From: a bacterium
GTDB taxonomy: Bacteria > SAR324 > XYD2-FULL-50-16
Assembly: GCA_018829445.1 (NCBI GenBank)
Contig: JAHJTV010000031.1
Location: 26,220-90,219, forward strand
DNA length: 64,000 nt
Direction of reading: 5' to 3'
In this document: in pieces, positions 9,766 to 20,121 of the stretch
Position numbering within the stretch: the stretch's first letter is position 1
Layout of the letters: each line of letters starts with the position of its first letter
Notes under the pieces: model-generated
Databases searched by the model: none
Seen by the model: only the letters and a program-made list of their open reading frames with translations
What the model was told of the DNA's origin: nothing
Translations under genes and position numbers: made by a program

Positions 9766-11424
9766 ATGAAGCTAATTAAATCGGCAATCTGGAGTAAAAT
9801 CAAGCCCAAAAAGCTGAAGACAAAATTGATTCTCTTCATTCTTGCTTTGGTCTTGTTCCAGGTGGGAATCATCGGTGTTCTCTCCATTAATCTGATATCC
9901 GAAATAACCGAGGAGCAGATCGGTAGAAGAGCTCTTAAGGTCTCTCAAACGGTTTCATTGATTCCGGAAATCCGGGACCAATTGATCATCGGTGATCCTA
10001 ACCGCAGAATACAAGCCATTGCAGAAAGAATTCGCATCACAACCGGCGCCCAGTTTATCGTAATCGGAGATCATGAAGGAAGGCGATACTCCCATCCGAT
10101 CAAAGAGCGGTTGGGAAAGTTCATGGTTGGAGGAGATAATAAGCCGGCGTTGGAAGAGGGAAAGTCTTATGTTTCCAAGGCTGTGGGAACCCTGGGGCCT
10201 TCAATCAGGGGGAAAGTTCCTATATTCGATCAGAACGGAAAGGTAATAGGTATCGTATCGGTTGGTTATCTTCTGGAAAATATGAATACCATCATCAACC
10301 GCTACCAGTATAAACTGCTGATGTTTATTCCCCTGCTGGTTCTGATCGGAACAGTGGTTGCCATTATTATCGCTAACAGATTCAAAAAAGCCATATTAGG
10401 TCTGGAACCCGATGAAATAGCCTGGCTGCTGCAGGAACGAACCGCTACTCTGGAAACAGTTCGGGAAGGCATCATTGCCGTTGACTCCAACGGATTGATC
10501 ACCACCATCAATAAAACCGCTTTTCAAAATATCGGGCTGGATCCCAACCGGGATGTTGTCGGCAAACCGATTCAGGAAATACTGCCGCAAACAGAGATGC
10601 TTGACATTCTAAAATCCGGTGAGAGTCATTTTGATCGAGAACTCGTCATGGATGATCAGGAACTGATTGTCAACCGTATTCCTATCGTAAGTAATGGGAA
10701 AGTCAGCGGCGTTGTTGCCAGTTTTCGCAGGAAGGATGAACTGGATCGCGTGGCAAAAAGGTTATCCCAGGTGGAGAAGTATTCCGAGCTGTTGAGAATA
10801 CAAACCCACGAATACTCGAATAAACTGTATACTATTTCCGGACTGATACAGATCGGTCATCACCAGAAAGCCATCGACCTGATCAGTAGTGAAACCTCCG
10901 GCTATCAATTTGTGATTAATTTTTTGATGGAAGTGCTTCCCGATCCTGTTCTGGCAGGGGTACTGCTGGGTAAATACAGTCAGGCCAAAGAGTTGAATGT
11001 GGATCTGCGGATTGATCCGAATAGTAGCATGGTTGATATCCCAAAGCATATTAGCCGGGAACGTGTTGTAACTATCCTGGGGAATATGCTTGATAACGCT
11101 TTTGAAGCAGTGAGGGATTTGGATGAATCTGCACGAAAGGTAAATCTATCCATGACAGATTTGGGCAACGATTTGATCTTTGAGTTTGATGATTCAGGTT
11201 CGGGTGTAAAGGAACAGGATTATGAGAGAATCTTTGAAAAAGGCTACTCCACCAAACCGGATCAGGGATACGGTATGGGACTTTACCTGGTTGATCGCGC
11301 TTTAAAACAATTGGATGGCAGTATCAGTGTCTCAACATCTGATTTGGGAGGCGCTGCTTTTACGGTGATCATTCCTAAAAACAAAAGGAGTTCAAATGGA
11401 GCCGATACAAGTACTGATTGTTGA
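9766..11424 (+). CDS. CitA/DcuS-family sensor histidine kinase
   Basis: Periplasmic sensor 'RYSHP...GTLGPSIRGK', PAS domain, H-box LRxQTHE, HATPase; likely start ATG 9766 (ORF track starts at 9679). Confidence 0.92.
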   Translation: MKLIKSAIWSKIKPKKLKTKLILFILALVLFQVGIIGVLSINLISEITEEQIGRRALKVSQTVSLIPEIRDQLIIGDPNRRIQAIAERIRITTGAQFIVIGDHEGRRYSHPIKERLGKFMVGGDNKPALEEGKSYVSKAVGTLGPSIRGKVPIFDQNGKVIGIVSVGYLLENMNTIINRYQYKLLMFIPLLVLIGTVVAIIIANRFKKAILGLEPDEIAWLLQERTATLETVREGIIAVDSNGLITTINKTAFQNIGLDPNRDVVGKPIQEILPQTEMLDILKSGESHFDRELVMDDQELIVNRIPIVSNGKVSGVVASFRRKDELDRVAKRLSQVEKYSELLRIQTHEYSNKLYTISGLIQIGHHQKAIDLISSETSGYQFVINFLMEVLPDPVLAGVLLGKYSQAKELNVDLRIDPNSSMVDIPKHISRERVVTILGNMLDNAFEAVRDLDESARKVNLSMTDLGNDLIFEFDDSGSGVKEQDYERIFEKGYSTKPDQGYGMGLYLVDRALKQLDGSISVSTSDLGGAAFTVIIPKNKRSSNGADTSTDC

Positions 11425-12103
11425 AGATGACAGGCGTGTATCAGAAATTCAGCGCTTGTTCACCGAAAAGGTCTCCGGTTTTTCCGTCATCGGCATTGCC
11501 CTCAGCATTGCCGAAGCGGAAGAGATGCTGGCTATTCTCAAACCTGATCTGGTGCTGTTGGACATCTACTTTCCCGAAGGGAATGGAATTGATCTTCTCT
11601 GGAAAATTCGCTCCCACTATCGATCAGTTGATGTGATCCTGATCACGGCGGCAAAAGAGGTCAATATCCTGCAGGAAGCGATCCGGGGAGGTGTTTTTGA
11701 TTATATCCTCAAACCGATTGTGTTTGATCGTTTTCGAAACACGCTGAACAAGTTTTTTGACTATCGATCCAAAATAACGGAGATGAAAACGGTTGATCAG
11801 TTGGATGTTGACGGACTGCTACACCCTGTAAAACCGGCAACATCAAACGAAGACTTAATGCCAAAAGGAATTGATGCCATTACCCTGGAGAAAATCATCA
11901 CTGTTATTGATACCATGGCTGAGGTCGGGATAACGGCGGATAAGGTCGGGAAACTAATCGGTGTCAGTCGGACGACTGCCAGGCGCTATCTTGAATACCT
12001 GGTATCCAGCGGAACTGTCGGTGCTGACTTGTCTTATGGTACCGTAGGGCGACCGGAACGGATCTATCTTAGACTTGGAGGGCGCTCCTCCACCGGTACA
12101 TAA
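11396..12103 (+). CDS. CitB-family response regulator
   Basis: VEDD, LLDIYFP, DYILKP; C-terminal SRTTARRYLEYL...YGxVGRP. Confidence 0.93.
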   Translation: MEPIQVLIVEDDRRVSEIQRLFTEKVSGFSVIGIALSIAEAEEMLAILKPDLVLLDIYFPEGNGIDLLWKIRSHYRSVDVILITAAKEVNILQEAIRGGVFDYILKPIVFDRFRNTLNKFFDYRSKITEMKTVDQLDVDGLLHPVKPATSNEDLMPKGIDAITLEKIITVIDTMAEVGITADKVGKLIGVSRTTARRYLEYLVSSGTVGADLSYGTVGRPERIYLRLGGRSSTGT

Positions 12104-12118
12104 AAGAACACTCCTTTT

Positions 12119-12871
12119 TTACACCTCTTCATCCTCCCACTCAAACAACCGCAGCAAACCACTGTTTAACTCCTCTGCTGCTTCATCAAAACCGGCAATG
12201 AATAATCCTTTCATGATTCCTTTTTTAACAACATCATATGGCTCGTAGTGGTAGATGTTGGATGGTATCTCAATATTCTGATCGGTTAAATATAGAATAC
12301 AGAGGTTCACATCAGTACTGTTCCAGGCATGACAGGGTAAAGGACGTACCTCATAGATGCTACAAACATTATTCTCTAAGAAAGCACAGGGGATTCGCAG
12401 TTTTTCACTTCGGGATTTGCATTGATCCATTTTCTGCACAAAAGATTCCAGTTTTAGCCTGATCCGTTCGATCTCCTTTTTCCCCCATCTGGACTGGATA
12501 TGCTCGTAAATAATGTATAGCTCCGGAATGGCAACTTTAACGGTCAGTCCGCAACAATAGCTGCAACCTTTTTTGCAGGCCGGTTTTGGCAGTTTATCTA
12601 CTTCGATTTGGTACTGCTTCAGGGCAAATTGATGACTGAGTTCGGCTTGTTTATAAAGTGATGATATTTTAGTTATAAAATCTGGAGTGAACAACTTTTT
12701 ATTTTTTAGAAAACTGATCATCACATGTTGAAATACCAACGGAAGGAGGTTCTTTTCCAGATCATCCTTAAACGCATCTATCTCGTCTTTGCTTGAGAAT
12801 GCGACTGGTTTTGGGGCTTCAGAACTGTTCATTTCGGTTTCAGAGCGGATAGTGTTACAGATGGAGATCAT
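12119..12871 (-). CDS. YkgJ-family cysteine-cluster (CxxCxxCC) protein
   Basis: CKKGCSYCC ... CAFL..CSIYEVRPLPC; start may be ATG 12832. Confidence 0.82.
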   Translation of the reverse strand: MISICNTIRSETEMNSSEAPKPVAFSSKDEIDAFKDDLEKNLLPLVFQHVMISFLKNKKLFTPDFITKISSLYKQAELSHQFALKQYQIEVDKLPKPACKKGCSYCCGLTVKVAIPELYIIYEHIQSRWGKKEIERIRLKLESFVQKMDQCKSRSEKLRIPCAFLENNVCSIYEVRPLPCHAWNSTDVNLCILYLTDQNIEIPSNIYHYEPYDVVKKGIMKGLFIAGFDEAAEELNSGLLRLFEWEDEEV

Positions 12872-13074
12872 GGCATGCGAACGGTGAGTTTTCTATGATT
12901 TGAACTAATTGTCAATCCAAATTATACCTTAAGCGTACCTTCAACGGGATTTTGATCGTGGATAGAAAGGTCTTATTTTCGGGTTGTGTTATTCCCTCAT
13001 TCTGTGTAAATGTAGATCAAATTCCACGTTTTCATGGCAGAATCTCTTATTTAATAGTCCGAGGAGTGATAGAT

Positions 13075-13470
13075 ATGAAACTAATGGTTGGATATGACGG
13101 ATCTGGCGTTGCTCTTGATGCACTAAAACTGGCTTTCGACAAGGCAAAAAAATATGGCGGAGAAATTGATGTGATTAAATCAGTGGAACAGAGCCATACC
13201 CTGAAATATGAAGAGATTCGTCGACTTGAACAAACACTTGAAAATGAGGTTAAGGAAATCTGTGACGACGATTCGGTACCTTATCGCACCCATGTGATTG
13301 TAACTCACCAAACAGCGGGCGACGCGCTGGTTGAATTTGCCAAAGATCAGGAAATCGAAGAGATAATCATAGGCATTCGGCGGCAATCCAAAGTCGGCAA
13401 ACTTGTTTTTGGTTCTACAGCGCAGCATGTCATATTGAATGCTCACTGTCCTGTTTTGACCATCAAATAA
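13075..13470 (+). CDS. Universal stress protein
   Basis: VGYDGS, IIIG, FGSTAQxVILxAxCPV; GAGGAG RBS before ATG 13075. Confidence 0.92.
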   Translation: MKLMVGYDGSGVALDALKLAFDKAKKYGGEIDVIKSVEQSHTLKYEEIRRLEQTLENEVKEICDDDSVPYRTHVIVTHQTAGDALVEFAKDQEIEEIIIGIRRQSKVGKLVFGSTAQHVILNAHCPVLTIK

Positions 13471-13805
13471 TCTTCAGAAAGTATCTTAGTTTCTAGGAGA
13501 AAAAGGCGGAGGTGGGATTTATCAGGAAAACTCACATTTTGCCTTCCTCCAACTGAGTTGATAGATGTGATTATCTCTGGAAAATCTCAGTCCAAATATC
13601 TCCGATTATACTTATTTTCAGCTACCACAAGTATCTTTTGAATAAGCCCCGATGATAGCAATCCCTGAACCTCAAAAGAGCTGGATTGTATATTCCCTGA
13701 AATACCAGCTTTCTGCCATGTTTTCGTTTGACTTTGAAAGAGCAAGTTTTTAGTATCTTAGGAGGTTAAGAATATAGTTTATTGAAATTTTAGATAAATT
13801 CTCAA

Positions 13806-15404
13806 ATGAGGTTGGGAGTGCGAATTAGTATTCTACAAAAAGAAGGCGGCATAATAAAACTGCAGATAACCGTGAGATTACTTCTAGTTATGGTAGCAGC
13901 TGTAATTATTGCTACTTTATCACTGCCTGTTGATGCCAAGGAAAAAGTATTGACTGTCGGCATAGAAAATCAACCCAAAACCATGGATCCCAGGTTCTCT
14001 ACTGATGCATACGGAATGAGTATTTCTCATCATCTGCTGTTTTCAACCCTGGTGCAGCATGGTCAGGATCTGCAGATTGTTCCCAATCTGGCTAAAGGCT
14101 GGGAAACCCCGGATTCTATAACCTACATTTTTCACCTGCGAAAAAATGTCAGATTCCATGATGGAAAACCACTAACCGCAAAAGATGTCAAGTTCACCTT
14201 TGAACATCTCAAAAATCCTGAAACCGGGTCTCCTTTTGCGGGAACCTACAAAATAATCGATTCCATTCGCGTCATTGATAATGAAACGGTAGAGTTCAAA
14301 CTGGTTCAACCGGTTGCTTCCTTCCTGACCTCAATTATTATGCCTATTGTTCCCGAACATCTGATAAAAGGCGGTACTGATTTTAATGGCAGCCTGATAG
14401 GGAGCGGCCCTTTTAGGTTTATAAAACAAACTCCCAACGAAATCGTGCTGGGCAAAAGCCCCGACTATTTCATGGGATCTCCTAAGATCGATAAAGTCGT
14501 ATTTAAGGTTATAAAGGATGACAACACTCGCTTTCTGAAAATGAGGAAAGGCGAACTGGATCTCCTGATCAATGCCATTCCACTTCAAAAAGTGGATGAC
14601 TTCAGGAAATCCCCCCTCAAGGATACATATGAGGTTATTGAAGACCCCGGTCTATCCTACAACTACATAATCTTCAATATGAAATCGGAATTGCTTCAGG
14701 ACGTTAAACTTCGCCAGGCGATTGCCTATGGTATCAATGTTGATCAGATCATTAAATACCGCATGGACGGTCATGCTGCTCCTTCCTACAGTATGTTGTC
14801 ACCGGTGAACTGGTTTTCAGAACCTGCAGCAATGAGATATTCTTACGATCCCAAAAAAGCAGAACAGTTGCTGGATGAGGCAGGGTTAGCGGATTCGGAC
14901 GGGGATGGTCCCAAACCAAGACTGAAACTGGAACTAAAAACCAGCAATAACCCTGAGACTGTTGGTATCGCAAGAATCATTCAGGCGCAATTGGCAGAGA
15001 CAGGAATTGAAGTAGATCTCAAGTCTTACGAATGGGGAACCTTTTACGGTGATATCAAGTCAGGCAATTTTCAGATGACCATCATGAGATGGGTGGGAGT
15101 AACGGAACCGGATTTTTATTATGATGTGTTCAACTCCACACAGTTTCCACCTGCCGGAAGAAATCGCGGGTTATATGAGAACCCTGAAATCGATCGCCTC
15201 ACCGAAGAGGGAAGGGTTGAGCTTGATCCTAATAAACGGAAAGCCATCTATTCCAAAATACAGAAAATAGCAGCCCGGGAGCTTCCCTATGTCAGTTTAT
15301 GGCACAGGAATAATGTCTCCATTGTTCACAAAAGAGTTTCCGGTTATCAACAGCATCCAATGGGCGGATTCCTATCGTTTAACAGGATCGATCTGGCGGA
15401 GTGA
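13806..15404 (+). CDS. Family-5 (peptide/nickel) ABC substrate-binding protein
   Basis: LRxxVxFHDGxPLTAxDVxFT and GSGPF motifs; true start probably 13872-13890. Confidence 0.92.
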   Translation: MRLGVRISILQKEGGIIKLQITVRLLLVMVAAVIIATLSLPVDAKEKVLTVGIENQPKTMDPRFSTDAYGMSISHHLLFSTLVQHGQDLQIVPNLAKGWETPDSITYIFHLRKNVRFHDGKPLTAKDVKFTFEHLKNPETGSPFAGTYKIIDSIRVIDNETVEFKLVQPVASFLTSIIMPIVPEHLIKGGTDFNGSLIGSGPFRFIKQTPNEIVLGKSPDYFMGSPKIDKVVFKVIKDDNTRFLKMRKGELDLLINAIPLQKVDDFRKSPLKDTYEVIEDPGLSYNYIIFNMKSELLQDVKLRQAIAYGINVDQIIKYRMDGHAAPSYSMLSPVNWFSEPAAMRYSYDPKKAEQLLDEAGLADSDGDGPKPRLKLELKTSNNPETVGIARIIQAQLAETGIEVDLKSYEWGTFYGDIKSGNFQMTIMRWVGVTEPDFYYDVFNSTQFPPAGRNRGLYENPEIDRLTEEGRVELDPNKRKAIYSKIQKIAARELPYVSLWHRNNVSIVHKRVSGYQQHPMGGFLSFNRIDLAE

Positions 15405-15417
15405 GTTTATAGCATTT

Positions 15418-15454
15418 AGCGATTGGCTTTCTGATAAGTTAACCGCCAATCGCT
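15418..15454 (+). terminator. Intercistronic hairpin after the SBP gene
   Basis: agcgattggc / gccaatcgct 10-bp stem; no U tract, so probably mRNA-stabilising. Confidence 0.5.
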
Positions 15455-15521
15455 TAACCTAAATTATTCGATAATCAGTATTTCTCAAAATCCAAGATCT
15501 GTTCGACTTCATCCAACCATA

Positions 15522-16442
15522 ATGATTGCTTATATCATCAGACGGCTTTTTCTACTTGTTTTTGTCCTCTTTGGTGTTGTTACTCTCGTCTTTTTTTTGA
15601 TCCATTTTATCCCCGGAGACCCGGTGGATATCATGTTGGGTGATTATGCCCTTCCAGGCGACAAACAGGAATTAAGAGAGAATCTCGGTTTGGATCGACC
15701 GATTTTGGTTCAATATGGAGATTATCTTACCGGGATTGTCCAGGGAGATTTGGGAATATCCATACATAGTAAACGAGCAGTTACAGAAGAAATATGGGAA
15801 CGTATTCCGGCCAGTGCCGAATTAATGATGGGTGCTATGGTTGTGGCCCTTTTAATTGCCTTTCCCTTTGGAATCTTATCCGCACTAAAACCGTATGGAA
15901 TTCTGGATAGCACCTCAATGCTGGTCTCCTTTTTGGGCGTTGCCATGCCAAATTTCTGGTTGGGCCCCCTTTTGATTATCCTCTTTTCGATACAATTGGA
16001 CTGGCTTCCCATCAATGAACGAGGCGGGTTGGAGCATCTAATTTTGCCATCAATAACCCTGGGAACAGCAATGGCAGCCATGTTATCCCGCATGATCCGA
16101 TCATCACTTTTGGAGGTTTTAGGAGAGGATTATGTTCTCAATGCCCGGGCAAAAGGATTGCCGGAAAGGCAGGTGATCCTGAAACACGCTTTGCGGAATG
16201 CATTGATTCCGGTGATAACTGTTATCGGGCTTCAAATTGGAGTGTTGCTATCCGGAGCCATCATAACAGAAGCGATTTTTGATTGGCCCGGTATGGGGTC
16301 ACTGTTACTGGACGGAATCTATAATCGTAATTATCCACTGGTTCAGGGGTGCATTTTGACTATTGCCAGCATTTACGTCATTGTAAACTTGATAACAGAT
16401 ATCACCTATGCCTGGGTGGATCCCCGGGTGAGACTATCATGA
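15522..16442 (+). CDS. DppB/OppB-like ABC permease
   Basis: PGDP, GLDRP, ARAKGL (EAA loop), HALRNA. Confidence 0.93.
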   Translation: MIAYIIRRLFLLVFVLFGVVTLVFFLIHFIPGDPVDIMLGDYALPGDKQELRENLGLDRPILVQYGDYLTGIVQGDLGISIHSKRAVTEEIWERIPASAELMMGAMVVALLIAFPFGILSALKPYGILDSTSMLVSFLGVAMPNFWLGPLLIILFSIQLDWLPINERGGLEHLILPSITLGTAMAAMLSRMIRSSLLEVLGEDYVLNARAKGLPERQVILKHALRNALIPVITVIGLQIGVLLSGAIITEAIFDWPGMGSLLLDGIYNRNYPLVQGCILTIASIYVIVNLITDITYAWVDPRVRLS

Positions 16443-17257
16443 CTATGTTTAGAAACAAATGGACCTACCTGGGACTGGTCATTATAATCCTGTTCATTCT
16501 CTGCGCAATACTCGCCCCGTGGATTGCACCTGAAGACCCCTACAAAATAAACCTGGTGCAGGAATTGGCTCCACCGGGTGAGGGGCACATTATGGGAAGA
16601 GATATCAATGGCAGTGATATATTAAGTCGGTTGATATACGGAGCACGAATATCAATCACCATAGGATTGGTGGTGGTATTGATTTCAAGCTTCGTTGGTA
16701 TCCTGCTGGGTTTGATATCCGGTTATTACGGAGGTTGGATAGATCTGTTGTTAATGAGGCTGGTGGATATTCTGCTGGCTTTTCCGGGGCTTTTGTTAGC
16801 GATTGCCTTGGTGGCCGTATTGGGACCATCCATTACCAATGTAGTGATAGCACTGACTGCCCTGGGGTGGGTCTCTTTTGCACGGCTGGTCCGGGGACAG
16901 GTCATTTCGGTAAAGGAGCGGGAATATGTCCTGGCAGCAAAAACCTCCGGACAATCGGATATTCGCGTCATGGTTCTCCATATTCTTCCCAACATTGTTT
17001 CAACGGTGATTGTACAAGCCACATTCAACATCGCGGGTGTTATCATCTCGGAATCCTCCCTGAGCTTTTTGGGATTAGGTGCCCCTCCCGGCACTCCCAG
17101 TTGGGGAGCCATGTTAAGCGAAGGCAAACAAGTTATCCTTGATGCGCCCCATGTATCTTTTTTCCCGGGGCTGGCAATTTTATTGGTTGTACTGGCATTC
17201 AATTTTGTCGGCGACGGCCTGCGAGATAAATTTGATCCAAAAACAGGACGTGAATGA
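16439..17257 (+). CDS. DppC/OppC-like ABC permease
   Basis: GxDxLSRLIYGARIS, EYVxAA, GDGLRDxxDP; ATGA overlap at 16439. Confidence 0.93.
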   Translation: MTMFRNKWTYLGLVIIILFILCAILAPWIAPEDPYKINLVQELAPPGEGHIMGRDINGSDILSRLIYGARISITIGLVVVLISSFVGILLGLISGYYGGWIDLLLMRLVDILLAFPGLLLAIALVAVLGPSITNVVIALTALGWVSFARLVRGQVISVKEREYVLAAKTSGQSDIRVMVLHILPNIVSTVIVQATFNIAGVIISESSLSFLGLGAPPGTPSWGAMLSEGKQVILDAPHVSFFPGLAILLVVLAFNFVGDGLRDKFDPKTGRE

Positions 17258-18066
17258 TGCACAGTCAGGAAACAAAACCAATTCTAGAAGTAAACGATCT
17301 TTGCGTGGTTTTTAAGACCGAAGCAGGGAGAGCGACAATCCTGGATAAAGTATCATTCAAACTGCAAAAGAATAAAACCCTGGGAATTGTCGGGGAGTCG
17401 GGTAGCGGCAAAACAATCACAGCCCTGTCTGTTCTAAATCTGATACCATCGCCGCCCCTTGACAGTATGAGTGGTGAAATCAGATTCCAGGGAGAGAATT
17501 TGTTGACCTTCACAAAATCGCAACTAAGGAAGGTCAGGGGAAATCGAATTGCTTATATATTCCAGGAGCCGATGACAGCCTTGAATCCGGTATTAACAAT
17601 AGGTGATCAAATCGTAGAAATGATCAGGGCTCATAATTCCATAAGCAAGAAAGAAGCACGAGATAAAGCTGTTCACCTCTTAACGGAGGTTGGTATTACC
17701 AGTCCGATCCAGAGATTGAAAAACTACCCTCATGAGATCAGTGGGGGAATGCGTCAAAGGGCCATGATTGCCATCGCATTGTCTTGTGATCCGGATATTC
17801 TGATTGCCGACGAACCAACCACGGCACTCGATGTTACCATCCAGGCCCAGGTCTTGGATCTGTTTAAGTATCTGATTGAATCCAGGGGAATGTCCATTAT
17901 ATTTGTTACCCATGATCTGGGGGTAATTGCTGAAATTGCAGACGATATTCTGGTGTTACAGGCAGGGAAAACAATCGAATATGATTCGATTGACAAAGTG
18001 TTCCACGATCCTCAACATCCTTATACTCAAAAGCTGTTGTCGTTAATAAAAGGGGGTGTAGCGTGA
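17254..18066 (+). CDS. DppD/OppD-like ABC ATPase, short C-terminus
   Basis: GESGSGKT, SGGMRQR, DEPTTALD, HPYT. Confidence 0.92.
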   Translation: MMHSQETKPILEVNDLCVVFKTEAGRATILDKVSFKLQKNKTLGIVGESGSGKTITALSVLNLIPSPPLDSMSGEIRFQGENLLTFTKSQLRKVRGNRIAYIFQEPMTALNPVLTIGDQIVEMIRAHNSISKKEARDKAVHLLTEVGITSPIQRLKNYPHEISGGMRQRAMIAIALSCDPDILIADEPTTALDVTIQAQVLDLFKYLIESRGMSIIFVTHDLGVIAEIADDILVLQAGKTIEYDSIDKVFHDPQHPYTQKLLSLIKGGVA

Positions 18067-19040
18067 GTCATCCACTTGAGATTTTTACACTCAAAGAGGT
18101 TGTCAAACACTATCCCATTCTGGGTGGGATTTTTAAACGGAAAGTGGGTCAGGTCAGGGTTATCAATGGCATCAACTTTGCGATTGCCCGGGGAGAAATA
18201 ACCGGACTAGTGGGGGAGAGTGGCTGCGGAAAGTCTACCCTGGCAAAACTGCTGATCAAACTGGAAGAATCCACTTCAGGTACCATTCTTTTTAATGATC
18301 GTCCTTTGGATCTGATTAAAGGCGCGGAGAAAAAGCAGTTTTACCGTCATGTACAGATGATCTTTCAGGATCCTTTATCATCATTGAATCCACGTATGAA
18401 GGTTAAAGACATTGTGGGAGAAATGGTTCGTATTCAGGGCGTTGGCAAAGAGGTAGAAAAAGAGAAAGTGCTGCGAATACTGCAGGAGGTGGAACTTGAT
18501 GTCGATGCCATCAACCGTTATCCCCATGAATTCAGTGGAGGCCAACGTCAGCGCATCGCCATAGCCAGAGCATTGATCGTTGAACCACAATTGCTGATTG
18601 CGGATGAACCCGTATCCGCCCTGGATTTGTCTTTGCAAGCAAAAACACTGACTTTGCTGCAATCATTGAAAAAACGCTATAACCTGACTATCCTTCTCAT
18701 ATCCCACGATTTGAAAAAAGTGGCGGATTTTTGCGATTCTGTGGCAGTGATGTATCTGGGAAGAATCGTTGAGATGTTGCCGGCAGATAAGCTGCTATCT
18801 CAATGCAGGCATCCTTATACCAAAGCGTTGATCAGCAGTATTCCCATAACAGATCCCTCACAGCGAAAGAAAAAAAAGGCCGTTATCAGAGGGGAGGTTC
18901 CAAGTCCCATCGATTTACCGCCAGGGTGTGCCTTTCATCAGCGTTGTCCAAAACGATTTGAAAAATGTGACTTGGTTGTACCTGAACTGAAGACAACCCC
19001 GGGAGAGGATCACCAACTTGCCTGTTTTTTACAGCAGTAA
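18063..19040 (+). CDS. DppF/OppF-like ABC ATPase
   Basis: GESGCGKST, FSGGQRQR, HPYT, C-terminal GCxFxxRC...C...C. Confidence 0.93.
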   Translation: MSHPLEIFTLKEVVKHYPILGGIFKRKVGQVRVINGINFAIARGEITGLVGESGCGKSTLAKLLIKLEESTSGTILFNDRPLDLIKGAEKKQFYRHVQMIFQDPLSSLNPRMKVKDIVGEMVRIQGVGKEVEKEKVLRILQEVELDVDAINRYPHEFSGGQRQRIAIARALIVEPQLLIADEPVSALDLSLQAKTLTLLQSLKKRYNLTILLISHDLKKVADFCDSVAVMYLGRIVEMLPADKLLSQCRHPYTKALISSIPITDPSQRKKKKAVIRGEVPSPIDLPPGCAFHQRCPKRFEKCDLVVPELKTTPGEDHQLACFLQQ

Positions 19041-19086
19041 TTATCGGTTTTACATGTCACCGGAATCGACGCTAAACATGCGGGGA

Positions 19087-20121
19087 TTACAAACCCAGGT
19101 TTGATAATAGATCGTCAACAGCACCCTGATCATCCATGCGCTTTTTCTCTGCACCTCCATATCCTTCCTGAAGCGTTGCCTCATCTCCTTCCAGTGCATC
19201 AAAATTAAGCTTCAGCTTGGAAGCAACCTTCATCAACTGGTCGTGGAAACTCTGAATAGTCGGGATAATCTTCTGCAGTTGTTGACCTATTCTATCCTGA
19301 ATTCCCTGGGATTCATTGAGTTTCATATTTAATTCTTCCAATTCGTCCAGTTTATCCGTTATTCCTTTGATTCCGGGAGCTATTTTTTCTTCGACATCAC
19401 CGCACTGTTCCTGCATCTCTTCCAGGTGTTTTCGAACCTCATCTGACAGGTTAAACAGTTTATCAACTATTTCAAGGACAGAATGTGTGCTTTGCTCGGT
19501 TTCAGCGATTATATTTTCCATGCGGCCTAAGGTATTACCGGTGCTTTCCCTGCGGGATTCTCTCAAACTCTTTTCCAGTTCATGAATTGAAATCAGGAAA
19601 TGGTCAACTATCTCTTTTAAATTATCTATGATTTCATTATCATCGGGTTCATAACCTTCATTTTGGAGGAGCCGGGCGTATACCTCCTTTATTGTCATTA
19701 ATCGTTTCTGAGTAATAATTGCAACATCTCTCTGGTCTTGAGTGATAATGCCTTGCTCTACCAGGAAGATTCCAAATTCAACCTCGGCAGGTTTAATTGA
19801 CAACATTTCATCACGAGACTGCTCATCCAGTGCTTCATTACGAATCAAAGTATCACCGAAAAACTCAATAACCGGTACCCTGAGATAGGTTTGTACTGTT
19901 TGCACTCCAATTTCCAGTCGTTTTTCAACCTCCAGGTCTTTTGTTAACACATCAGCCACAGTATTGATCAGGGGGGCTAATCGGCTGTTTCTGGAAATCA
20001 TTTCATCATTGAGGCAGTGCTCTATAAAAAGCCTGGCTGCAGCATTCACTCTTAGTTCCGGGTCCAGTTTCGCGAATAGAGTGTCACACTTTTTCAAAGT
20101 GGATTTGAGATCTTTATCCAT
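19087..20121 (-). CDS. cheZ: CheZ-family phosphatase with N-terminal extension containing an MshEN-like repeat
   Basis: Catalytic QDRIGQ (DxxxQ), coiled coils, C-terminal DQxxVDDLLxxLGL CheY-binding peptide. Confidence 0.8.
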   Translation of the reverse strand: MDKDLKSTLKKCDTLFAKLDPELRVNAAARLFIEHCLNDEMISRNSRLAPLINTVADVLTKDLEVEKRLEIGVQTVQTYLRVPVIEFFGDTLIRNEALDEQSRDEMLSIKPAEVEFGIFLVEQGIITQDQRDVAIITQKRLMTIKEVYARLLQNEGYEPDDNEIIDNLKEIVDHFLISIHELEKSLRESRRESTGNTLGRMENIIAETEQSTHSVLEIVDKLFNLSDEVRKHLEEMQEQCGDVEEKIAPGIKGITDKLDELEELNMKLNESQGIQDRIGQQLQKIIPTIQSFHDQLMKVASKLKLNFDALEGDEATLQEGYGGAEKKRMDDQGAVDDLLSNLGL

